The notes under the pieces were generated by a model, which was given only the letters and a program-made list of their open reading frames with translations, made no database searches and had not been told where the DNA came from. DNA of 64,000 nucleotides, from positions 62,001 to 126,000 of the IMG/VR virus record IMGVR_UViG_3300042326_002445; one strand, given 5' to 3'. This document shows positions 28,119 through 36,544 of the stretch, one piece after another (the stretch's first letter is position 1; each line of letters opens with the position of its first letter). The translations under genes were made by a program, and so were the position numbers.

Positions 28119-28303
28119 AAAAAGAAGAAATAGAATTAGAATTAGAAAATTTAAAAAAAATATTGCAAAAGATTGACACAATAATAAGTTTCAACCTTTC
28201 TGGTAAATTTATTTTATCACATGAAAAAATAATTGGTGTTAGGCAAATGGTGCTTAACAGCACACTTAGATTAAAAGATAATTTGGAAAAATCAAATGGG
28301 TAA
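28115..28303 (+). CDS. Small hypothetical protein
   Basis: ATGA overlap; coiled-coil-like composition. Confidence 0.55.
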   Translation: MKKEEIELELENLKKILQKIDTIISFNLSGKFILSHEKIIGVRQMVLNSTLRLKDNLEKSNG

Positions 28304-28520
28304 GGGAAGAACGTCTGGTCCAGTAGATGGTTTTGGCGATTCTGGATTGCCACATTTTAATAAAAATGTTTCTTATCCATCCCTTGAGTTGAGTGGAATG
28401 GATGTTAAGATAAATAAAAATAACCGGATGAAAAAAAGAAGAATATATCAACTTGGCTTAATTATGCCGTGCCAAGAAAATGACGATGAATGCAAAGATG
28501 ATGAAGCTGAAAGTAGATAA
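28296..28520 (+). CDS. Small hypothetical protein
   Basis: Fills the gap between coupled genes; no motif recognised. Confidence 0.4.
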   Translation: MGKGRTSGPVDGFGDSGLPHFNKNVSYPSLELSGMDVKINKNNRMKKRRIYQLGLIMPCQENDDECKDDEAESR

Positions 28521-29997
28521 TGTCGTAACTTACATCAATCCGCCTTTGTCTGGGCAAATTTACGCCGAGTTTAAAAAGAAACTTGGATACAAGCCACAAG
28601 ATGCTGTTTGGATGTCAAACGCAAATCCTCATTGGGACGGCTGGATAACAACCGTTTGTTATGGCTCTGGAAAATGCAGATGTCCAAATAAAAAGTCAGA
28701 AATGCATTTTCCTACAGGCTTATTGTCTCATGCAAGAGAATTCTTTGATTCTAAAGGCATAAGCTATGAAATTGTTGATTGTAGAGAGAAAATCGATGAT
28801 CTTTGCCCATTAGATTTAAGTGACGTATACAGCTTAAGAGACTATCAAGAAGAGGCGGTGTCTAATGCTGTTAAGAAGCAACGTGGCATCATAAAGGCTG
28901 CTACTGGAGCTGGCAAGACCGTTATCGCAGGTTCTATTATCGCTAAGGTAGGGGCCTTTCCTGTATGCTTCTTTGTAACAACCAAGGATTTGCTACATCA
29001 GGCTAAGGAAGAGTTGGAAAAACTTATTATGTCTAATGGTAAGCCTGTAGAGGTTGGCGTGGTTGGAGCTGGCAGGTGCGACATTAAAGATATAAATGTG
29101 GTTACAGTACAAACAGCTATAAGAGCTTTTGGCATAAAATATCAACAATTTGATGAAGAAGACGATGAAGATAGTTCTGAGTTTATTGATAAAGATGATT
29201 CAAAAAGGCAAGCAATTAAAGATCTTATCAACAAGTCTAAAATGATTATCTGTGATGAAGTGCAGCACTGGGCCGCATCTACATGTCAAATAATAAGCGA
29301 TCATTGCAAATCTGCTCGTTATAGATATGGAGTGTCAGCTACTCCATGGCGCGACATGGATGATGATTTGCTTATTGATGCTTGTTTTGGTAAAATTATT
29401 TCTGAAATTAGTGCCAGTAAGTTAATAGAAAAAAACGTTCTTGTTCCGCCTAAGATATATTTTGTTCACATTAAAAATAGGCTTGGCGGTACATATGCAG
29501 AAGTATACAAAAGAGGCATCGTAGAGAATACATATCGGAACACAATTATTAAAAATCTTGCAGAGCAAATGGTCGCTGATGGTCGCCAAACTTTAATATT
29601 AGTTAGACATGTCGCTCATGGCGAAATTCTTCAAGATATGATACCTAATTCTATATTTTTACATGGGTCAATTGCCAGTAAGAGTAGGCAAAACGCAATT
29701 AGCATGATGAAGAAGGGAAAGCATAGGTGTATTATTGCCTCTTCAATATTTGATGAGGGCGTAGACGTAAGACCGCTTAGTGCATTAATTCTTGCTGGTT
29801 CTGGAAAAAGTCAAACCAGAGCTTTACAAAGAATAGGAAGGGTAATCAGATCTTATGAGGGTAAAAAAGATGCCATTATCATTGATTTTTTTGATGATAT
29901 AAAATACATGAGAAAGCACAGTCAGGCTAGAAGAAAAATGTACAAAACTGAGCCAAAATTTGAAATCTCAGACATAGAGATGGATAGTAATGGGTAG
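28480..29997 (+). CDS. Superfamily 2 helicase (UvsW/XPB/ResIII-like); true start possibly 28501
   Basis: LRDYQEEAV, ATGAGKT, CDEVQH, SATP, FDEGVDV, QRIGRVIR. Confidence 0.9.
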   Translation: MTMNAKMMKLKVDNVVTYINPPLSGQIYAEFKKKLGYKPQDAVWMSNANPHWDGWITTVCYGSGKCRCPNKKSEMHFPTGLLSHAREFFDSKGISYEIVDCREKIDDLCPLDLSDVYSLRDYQEEAVSNAVKKQRGIIKAATGAGKTVIAGSIIAKVGAFPVCFFVTTKDLLHQAKEELEKLIMSNGKPVEVGVVGAGRCDIKDINVVTVQTAIRAFGIKYQQFDEEDDEDSSEFIDKDDSKRQAIKDLINKSKMIICDEVQHWAASTCQIISDHCKSARYRYGVSATPWRDMDDDLLIDACFGKIISEISASKLIEKNVLVPPKIYFVHIKNRLGGTYAEVYKRGIVENTYRNTIIKNLAEQMVADGRQTLILVRHVAHGEILQDMIPNSIFLHGSIASKSRQNAISMMKKGKHRCIIASSIFDEGVDVRPLSALILAGSGKSQTRALQRIGRVIRSYEGKKDAIIIDFFDDIKYMRKHSQARRKMYKTEPKFEISDIEMDSNG

Positions 29998-30838
29998 GAT
30001 GAATAAGCTAGCCATTAAAGACGCCGTTAAGAAGGCAAAAGAAGAAGTCGATGGGGTATCTATTGAAATTAAAAAACAAATTTCTTTTCAAGAAAATTCC
30101 GACCTCTTTCCTTCAGAAACTTTCAAAATAGCAAATTCAGATTGGCTTGACGAGCGTATTGCTGGTGAATTTAGATCAAAAAACATCATTGAATGGAACA
30201 AGAAAGACTTTTTAGATTTTGTTAAGCATCTTTATTTTCAAAAATTTGTTTCTTCCGTGCACATACCTCCAGCTCATGGATATATGTATTTGAATGTTAT
30301 TGAAGAAATCTGCGTCAACAACTTTCCAGAATGCCAAGTCAAGATGCTAAAGGCTCGATATATATCTTGGTATTTTGAAAATCAAGTGTTAAAAGATACT
30401 GTTAGATCTAGAAGTTGGAATATTAAAAAAATGGTGCATCCAAAAGTTGTTGCATCTTTTATCATGCATTTTTCTTCTTCATCTTCTGAAAATCTTGAGG
30501 TAAAAAATAAAGATAGTAGACTTCCAGTAAATGAGTCTTTACTTGACTTATATTTTAGGGGAGACGCTGCAGAATTTGTCAAATGCTATGGAGTTGTAAT
30601 TCCATTTGCATTCTTATTTTATTCTAAAAAGTTTTCGTGGGAAGATGCTTTGGAATATGTTGCTGCAGCAGTTGCAGATTTAGTAACTACAAGAAATATT
30701 AAGGATAGCGTATTGAGGAAAACAACTGAGCAATACGGTCCTTATAGTGAGCGTTTTGACAAAATAGCGCCTGAGCGTTTGTTTGTTGCGTTGACAGACA
30801 AAACTGGCGTAAACTTTATAGGAGTAAAGATAAGATAA
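29990..30838 (+). CDS. Hypothetical protein
   Basis: 282 aa ORF coupled to both neighbours. Confidence 0.6.
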   Translation: MGRMNKLAIKDAVKKAKEEVDGVSIEIKKQISFQENSDLFPSETFKIANSDWLDERIAGEFRSKNIIEWNKKDFLDFVKHLYFQKFVSSVHIPPAHGYMYLNVIEEICVNNFPECQVKMLKARYISWYFENQVLKDTVRSRSWNIKKMVHPKVVASFIMHFSSSSSENLEVKNKDSRLPVNESLLDLYFRGDAAEFVKCYGVVIPFAFLFYSKKFSWEDALEYVAAAVADLVTTRNIKDSVLRKTTEQYGPYSERFDKIAPERLFVALTDKTGVNFIGVKIR

Positions 30839-31332
30839 TGAGTTCCTTAGCTCAAAAATACCCGGTTAATTTCAACATTCGTGCTTCTTTTGTGCACCTG
30901 ATTGATGAGTCAGGAAGGTCTTGTGGTTCTGTACATATTGATGATGCCCTTAGGAGGGCGCGAGATGCAGGGCTGGACCTTGTTCAGGTTTCTGTTGACT
31001 CAAACCGTCCAACTTGCAAGATTATGGATTTTGGAAAGTTCAAATATGAACTTTCAAAGCAGAAACAGTCCTCCACGCACAAAACGAAAGAGCTTTTTAT
31101 AACTGCCCATATTGGCAAGCATGACCTTGAAACTAAGGTAAATAAGCTAAAAGAGTTTGTTTCCAAAAAATATTCTGTTCTTTTTGGAGTGAAGTTTAAG
31201 ACAAAAAAAGAAAAGTTTAATGTTGAGCCACTCAAGCAGATGATAGTAAATTGCTTGAGCGAAGCTGGTATTGTCACTGAAAATATTGAGTTTCAGTATT
31301 CTCCCGATAAAATTACTGTGTTTATAAAATGA
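30838..31332 (+). CDS. infC: Translation initiation factor IF-3
   Basis: NFNIRASFVHLIDESG...DALRRARDAGLDLVQV...PTCKIMDFGKFKYE (IF3-N); KELFITAHIGKHDLETKVNKLKEF (IF3-C). Confidence 0.9.
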   Translation: MSSLAQKYPVNFNIRASFVHLIDESGRSCGSVHIDDALRRARDAGLDLVQVSVDSNRPTCKIMDFGKFKYELSKQKQSSTHKTKELFITAHIGKHDLETKVNKLKEFVSKKYSVLFGVKFKTKKEKFNVEPLKQMIVNCLSEAGIVTENIEFQYSPDKITVFIK

Positions 31333-32108
31333 CCGAAATAGAAAGTGTATATAACAAAAAGCTTTCAGAATTGAGAGCAAAATGTGGAGTGTACAGGCCT
31401 GCTGAGAATAGGTGTCCTGCGGCTCGCTGTATTTGTTCATCAATGGCTGAGTGCATGGCTTATCATAGCAGTGCTCTACCCCATGGTTACGTAGACGTAG
31501 AAATATCTTCTTTCAACGGTCATGTAAACGGTAATAGAACTGTAGATAATCATGTAGTGGCTACAGCTATAGCTAAAGTCATGAATTATTGTTTTGGTGA
31601 TTCTTTAGTTAAGCCAGATGCTTCTAGGTATGACTTGTACAAAGCTTCTGTTATGGATCAAAGATTTTCTTCAGGCACTAATCTTATTATACACGGAGAA
31701 AGTAAATCTGCCAATAAGAATAAGTTAGGCAAAACTATGCTTGCTTCTATAGTCATGAAAGAAGCAATTTGGAGAAGAATGTTTAAAGACAATAAGGCAT
31801 ACACTTACATGTTTAAAAGTTGTGCTGAGATTGTTGATGATATTATATCAAAAAGGTCTGCTGATGCTCAGGTTAATTCTTTTAATGCAGACTGGCTTTG
31901 CATAGACGATTTATTTTTGTCTAGTAGGCAATCGCAGGGGCATATATTAGATCAAATAATGTCGGTTAGGTTGAGAGAAAATTTACCATCTATATTGGTT
32001 ATACAGTTTGACCCTTTTAAAATAAACAATCCAGAAGAGTCACTTGGCAACCATGTGATGAAGATGCTATCCGATAAATCAAATACGTTTGTAGTTTCTT
32101 TGGGTTGA
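31329..32108 (+). CDS. DnaC/DnaI (IstB-like) helicase loader
   Basis: Cys-rich N-terminus; HGESKSANKNKLGKT (expanded Walker A); WLCIDDL (Walker B); directly upstream of DnaB. Confidence 0.65.
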   Translation: MTEIESVYNKKLSELRAKCGVYRPAENRCPAARCICSSMAECMAYHSSALPHGYVDVEISSFNGHVNGNRTVDNHVVATAIAKVMNYCFGDSLVKPDASRYDLYKASVMDQRFSSGTNLIIHGESKSANKNKLGKTMLASIVMKEAIWRRMFKDNKAYTYMFKSCAEIVDDIISKRSADAQVNSFNADWLCIDDLFLSSRQSQGHILDQIMSVRLRENLPSILVIQFDPFKINNPEESLGNHVMKMLSDKSNTFVVSLG

Positions 32109-32109
32109 T

Positions 32110-33564
32110 ATGCAAGCAGATACAGAAAATCCACATGTAAAGTTGTTATTTCTTTTGATACAATCAAAAGAAAATGTTGAAGAAGTTCTTGCTACTGTTC
32201 AAGAGCCAAGTAATCTATTTGTTGAGCCATCTCACCAAGCTCTTCTTAAGGCATGCATTTGGGCAAGAGACAAGAATAAAAATTTGACTTCCGAGCAATT
32301 GGAGCATTTCTGTAGATTTAATCTTAACTATACTCCTCAAAAGACTGCAGTATTAGTAGCAGAATATTCTGCTATTGAAATGATAGAGGGCACTAAGAAG
32401 GAAGATTTGAATGTTTTGGTGAGTGAATGTCAAAATCTTTATTATTATAGATTTTTAAAATTTGAATTAGACAAGATTAAGACAGACAGGTCTCCAGATT
32501 TCTTTAAGAAATTAAATACGTTACATGACAGTATTGGAAAATGCTTATCTACTGGAGCTAGTAATTCTTTTAGTTTTCATGATACAGTTGAAAACTTTTC
32601 CTCATTCGTAGAAGATCTGCATGTTAAGGCCAATCACCCTGAAAAAAGAATTGTATGTGGCATCAAGGAAATTGATGACTGCATGACTGTAGGATTTAGG
32701 CCTGGCACGCTGACCCTTACTGTTGCTGACGTTGGTGGAGGTAAGTCCACCATGATGCTTAACATAGCTTACAATTTATGGAAAAGAAATTGTAACGTGC
32801 TATTCCTTCCGCTAGAAATGCCATGGGAAGAAATATTTAAAAAGTTTTTATCAAGAGAAACTTTAATTGAATTTGAAAAGTTTGCTAGACCAGAATTGAT
32901 GACGGAAAAAGACTGGGAAATTTTACGAAAAAGATCTGATGAACTTGCTTCAATGAGGCAAAAGCTTGTGTGGGCTGATGTAAAAAGTAGACCAACAGTT
33001 CAGGAAATAAAAAGAGCTATTGAAAGCAAAATGCATTACTTTAAGCCAGATGTGGTTGTTATTGATTATATTGCGAATATAAAACCTGATGGCAAGGTAG
33101 ATAATTGGCTTGCAATTGGAGACATCTTAAAAGAACTAAGAGCATTTGGAAAACAGTATGGATTTGCGATATTGAGTGCTGCCCAAATGACAAGAGATGG
33201 TATTAAGAAGCTTAAAACGGATAAAGATCAGTCTAAGAGTCCTGGCAGCGAAGACCTGCGTGGTAGTCATGAATATTCTGCAGATGCAGACAACATATTT
33301 GCGCAGTCTCCGTCTCCTGATGAGCCAAATAGAAAGATGCTTTTATGGTGTATCAAAGCTCGTTATGGAAAAAAGACTTTTGATGGTAAAAATTATGCTA
33401 TTTTAGATTTCTATCCAGAATACAGCAAGATAGACAGCTCTACTGCTTATTCTTTTGATGTTAACGATGAAGAGTTTAAAAAGCAGCTTGATGCTATGTC
33501 TGGATTCGCTAAGCCACAGCAATCTGAGCAGGCTACAGAAGATGACTATGGGTGGATGACTTAA
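32110..33564 (+). CDS. dnaB: Replicative DNA helicase DnaB family
   Basis: GFRPGTLTLTVADVGGGKST, LPLEM, VVIDY, SAAQMTR, SHEYSADAD, KARYG. Confidence 0.9.
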   Translation: MQADTENPHVKLLFLLIQSKENVEEVLATVQEPSNLFVEPSHQALLKACIWARDKNKNLTSEQLEHFCRFNLNYTPQKTAVLVAEYSAIEMIEGTKKEDLNVLVSECQNLYYYRFLKFELDKIKTDRSPDFFKKLNTLHDSIGKCLSTGASNSFSFHDTVENFSSFVEDLHVKANHPEKRIVCGIKEIDDCMTVGFRPGTLTLTVADVGGGKSTMMLNIAYNLWKRNCNVLFLPLEMPWEEIFKKFLSRETLIEFEKFARPELMTEKDWEILRKRSDELASMRQKLVWADVKSRPTVQEIKRAIESKMHYFKPDVVVIDYIANIKPDGKVDNWLAIGDILKELRAFGKQYGFAILSAAQMTRDGIKKLKTDKDQSKSPGSEDLRGSHEYSADADNIFAQSPSPDEPNRKMLLWCIKARYGKKTFDGKNYAILDFYPEYSKIDSSTAYSFDVNDEEFKKQLDAMSGFAKPQQSEQATEDDYGWMT

Positions 33565-34091
33565 TGAAAGAGTATATTGACAAGCTAAAGCGCAAAGTCA
33601 GGATCGCAGATGTCTTAAGAGAAAGAGGTATCAATCCATCTAGATCTCATGGCGGTAAATTAGTTTATAAGTGTCCGTTGCATAAGGGGGATAATTCTCC
33701 AAGTTTTTATGTGTATGAAAAAGATACTGGAGATGATTATTTTTGCTATGGCTGTAAAGCTGGCGGTAATGTAGTTCATTTAGTAAAATCTCTTAATAAT
33801 TGTAGTGGTTCTGAGGCTGTTAAGTCTTTAGGTGAGATAGCTGGCATAGAAGTTGATCCGTATTTTTATCAATATGATCTTGATGTTTATATTGAAAGTC
33901 CATCATACGCCAGTGTTGATATAGATGAGTTGTTATGCAAGTCTACCTTGTCTTTTAGGAAACTAAGACAAATGAATGCAATAAAGCACATTGACAGCAT
34001 TGATGTCAAGTGGAAAAAAATTGACATTGCTTATTGGGCTAACGATGTACAATCAATGAAAGAAAATCATTCATGGATCAATGGAAAATAA
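33564..34091 (+). CDS. Stand-alone primase zinc-binding domain (CHC2) protein; start ATG 33564 (TAATG overlap with dnaB)
   Basis: IADVL...CPLHKGDNSPSF...YFCYGCKAGGNVVHLV...EAVKSL. Confidence 0.85.
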   Translation: MKEYIDKLKRKVRIADVLRERGINPSRSHGGKLVYKCPLHKGDNSPSFYVYEKDTGDDYFCYGCKAGGNVVHLVKSLNNCSGSEAVKSLGEIAGIEVDPYFYQYDLDVYIESPSYASVDIDELLCKSTLSFRKLRQMNAIKHIDSIDVKWKKIDIAYWANDVQSMKENHSWINGK

Positions 34092-34501
34092 AAAATAAAG
34101 AAGAAGATTATTCAGTATCCTTTGATAGTTCTTTAATAGAAAAGTGTCTTGGTCAATATTCTAGAGTTGTTAAAAAGATGAATGAGGTAGATCCTTTTGC
34201 TCTTAAATGGACATTGCAATCTAGTCTTACCGTGAATCATCCAGTCGGTTCTTTTACTTGTGTATGTAATTTTTATTATGATGGAAAAGTGGTAATATAT
34301 GACGCAGGTGGTCAAATCATGAAAGCTCATAATATAAATGATATTAGATTTATTAAAAAATCAATTTCATGGTTAGGCTGGAAGTTGTTGACCGCAACTC
34401 CATCCGAAATAGATAGTAGCGTAGATTTTTGGAAGCGTTGCTGGGAAACTGGCCTAATAGACAGTGACTATTTAGATCAAAAGTACAAAAGGAAAAATTA
34501 A
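34073..34501 (+). CDS. Hypothetical protein
   Basis: ORF in operon context; Trp-rich. Confidence 0.55.
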   Translation: MDQWKIKNKEEDYSVSFDSSLIEKCLGQYSRVVKKMNEVDPFALKWTLQSSLTVNHPVGSFTCVCNFYYDGKVVIYDAGGQIMKAHNINDIRFIKKSISWLGWKLLTATPSEIDSSVDFWKRCWETGLIDSDYLDQKYKRKN

Positions 34502-34502
34502 G

Positions 34503-35009
34503 ATGGCTATTATAACTCAAAAAGAAAGTTTTTTACTTAAATTTAAACAAGAAAATTCTCAGGTAGGTTCAAATCCTCTTGAAATTTCTGTCACCAAATC
34601 CAGCAATGATTATGTAATAGAAATTCGTTCTGATAAGAAAAATTTAATTAAGACTGATTTAGATTCTTTAAGGGAAATAATTAACTACATAGATTCAAAA
34701 ATAAACTTTACAAAACCAGTTGTAAAAAATAGCAGTTCTTTTGAAGACTTAATAGGAAACAAAGAAGCAGAAAGATATTTAAAAATTAGTGGTAACAGTA
34801 ATATTACTTTTAACAATAATCAAGGTGCTAACGGTCCATCGCAAATTGAAAGTGTGACTCAATCATCGTCAGATGATGTTGGAGATTATTCAGATCTTTT
34901 AAAAGATATAGAAAAAAACAGTACAAACTCGATGCCAGGTGGGTTATATAATTCTCAGGCAGACGTGATTTTATCAAATGCCATAGATATGAGCTCTTTA
35001 ACAGATTAA
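34503..35009 (+). CDS. Hypothetical protein
   Basis: ORF in operon context. Confidence 0.55.
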   Translation: MAIITQKESFLLKFKQENSQVGSNPLEISVTKSSNDYVIEIRSDKKNLIKTDLDSLREIINYIDSKINFTKPVVKNSSSFEDLIGNKEAERYLKISGNSNITFNNNQGANGPSQIESVTQSSSDDVGDYSDLLKDIEKNSTNSMPGGLYNSQADVILSNAIDMSSLTD

Positions 35010-35013
35010 GTAT

Positions 35014-35262
35014 ATGGAATATAAATGCAGATTTGAAAGACTTGACAAAATAAAAACAGAAGACTTAAAGAAAATTAGTCTTTGCACTGATTGTCATAGC
35101 TTTGATTGTAGCAACCCAATACAAAATGTTACTATTAGTGTTTTTGGCATTAATAAAACAGTGCGAGCTTATGTAACTCCAAACAATATATATGGAGTTC
35201 AGGATTGTGAAGGTTTTAGCTGTCGTTCTCTTACGGAGGAAGAAGATGAGTCTGAAGATTAA
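35014..35262 (+). CDS. Small Cys-rich hypothetical protein
   Basis: CTDCHSFDC...DCEGFSC. Confidence 0.55.
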   Translation: MEYKCRFERLDKIKTEDLKKISLCTDCHSFDCSNPIQNVTISVFGINKTVRAYVTPNNIYGVQDCEGFSCRSLTEEEDESED

Positions 35263-36544
35263 TAATAGTAATTTTGTTCATTTACACAATCATTCTGAAT
35301 TTAGTGCATTCGATGGTTTGAATAAAATGTCAGAGTTTCCCAGACTTGCTAGAAAAATGGGATTTAAGTCTCTTGGAATAACTGATCACGGTAATGTCGG
35401 CGGTTTAATTAAGTTTTTTCAAGAATGCACTAAGTCAGTTGACAAGAATGGTGTAAAAATAGAATATGATCCGATCAAGCCTATTTTAGGTTGTGAATTT
35501 TATCTTGCAAAAGATAGATTTGCAAAGAGTAAAAAAGATCAACCTGATGGAAGAAAAGGAAACAGGCACATTGTTTTGATAGCAAAAAATTGGCAAGGCT
35601 TTCAGAATTTATGCACGCTTTCAGAAAAAAGCTGGACAGAGGGTTTTTATAATGACCCAAGAATTGATTTTGATTTATTAACTAAGCACCATGAAGGACT
35701 TATATGCAGCACTGCATGTTTAAGTTCTGTGGTAAATAATAATTTGCTGCATGGCAGATATGATCAGGCTAAAAAAGTTGCAACTATATTAAAAAATATA
35801 TTTGGAGAAGATTTTTATTTTGAGGTGATGTATCACGGATTAGATGCTGAAAGGTACATTATCCCAGATATTTTTAAACTTTCAGATTCACTAGGATGCA
35901 AAGTATTAGCAACCAATGATGTTCACTATTCTCACAAAGAAGATGGTGCAAGTCATGAAGTACTCATGTGCATGAGTACTTCAAGATGCATACATGATCC
36001 AAAAAGATTAAAGTTTCCTTATCATGAGTTTTATCTAAAAAGCGCTGAGGAAATGGCTCAGATTTTTAAAAATCGTTTAGATTCCTTATACAATACTCTT
36101 GAGGTCGCTGATAAGATAGATCATAAGGATATATCAAAAAACTTCGGAGGTATGAGACTGCCAAAGTTCCCATTACCAAATGATTTTTCTGATCCTCATG
36201 ACTATTTGGAATATTTAGCTTGGGACGGACTAAAGCAGTTGCACTTAGATCATTCTCAAAAGCATATCGACAGATTAAGACTTGAGCTTGAAGATGTAAA
36301 GATTGCTAAAATGAACAACAATTATGACTTTGCAACTTATTTTTTAATTGTTCGTGACTATATACAATATGCAAATAATAAGGGCATACTTACAGGATGT
36401 GGCAGAGGTTCTGGATTTGGTAGCCTTTTACTAAAGACTCTAGGCATTACATATGGAGTTGACCCAATAGAACATGATTTGTTGTGGGAGCGCTTCTTAG
36501 GCTTTGACACAAAGCGTTTTGTAAAGGAGCAAGACTTTGTCTAA
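35246..36544 (+). CDS. dnaE: DNA polymerase III alpha, N-terminal piece (PHP domain plus start of palm); start ATG 35246
   Basis: FVHLHNHSEFSAFDG, ITDHG, GCEFY, RHIVL, STACL, ATNDVHY, GRGSGFGS, WERFL; SD GGAGGA at 35235. Confidence 0.92.
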   Translation: MSLKINNSNFVHLHNHSEFSAFDGLNKMSEFPRLARKMGFKSLGITDHGNVGGLIKFFQECTKSVDKNGVKIEYDPIKPILGCEFYLAKDRFAKSKKDQPDGRKGNRHIVLIAKNWQGFQNLCTLSEKSWTEGFYNDPRIDFDLLTKHHEGLICSTACLSSVVNNNLLHGRYDQAKKVATILKNIFGEDFYFEVMYHGLDAERYIIPDIFKLSDSLGCKVLATNDVHYSHKEDGASHEVLMCMSTSRCIHDPKRLKFPYHEFYLKSAEEMAQIFKNRLDSLYNTLEVADKIDHKDISKNFGGMRLPKFPLPNDFSDPHDYLEYLAWDGLKQLHLDHSQKHIDRLRLELEDVKIAKMNNNYDFATYFLIVRDYIQYANNKGILTGCGRGSGFGSLLLKTLGITYGVDPIEHDLLWERFLGFDTKRFVKEQDFV

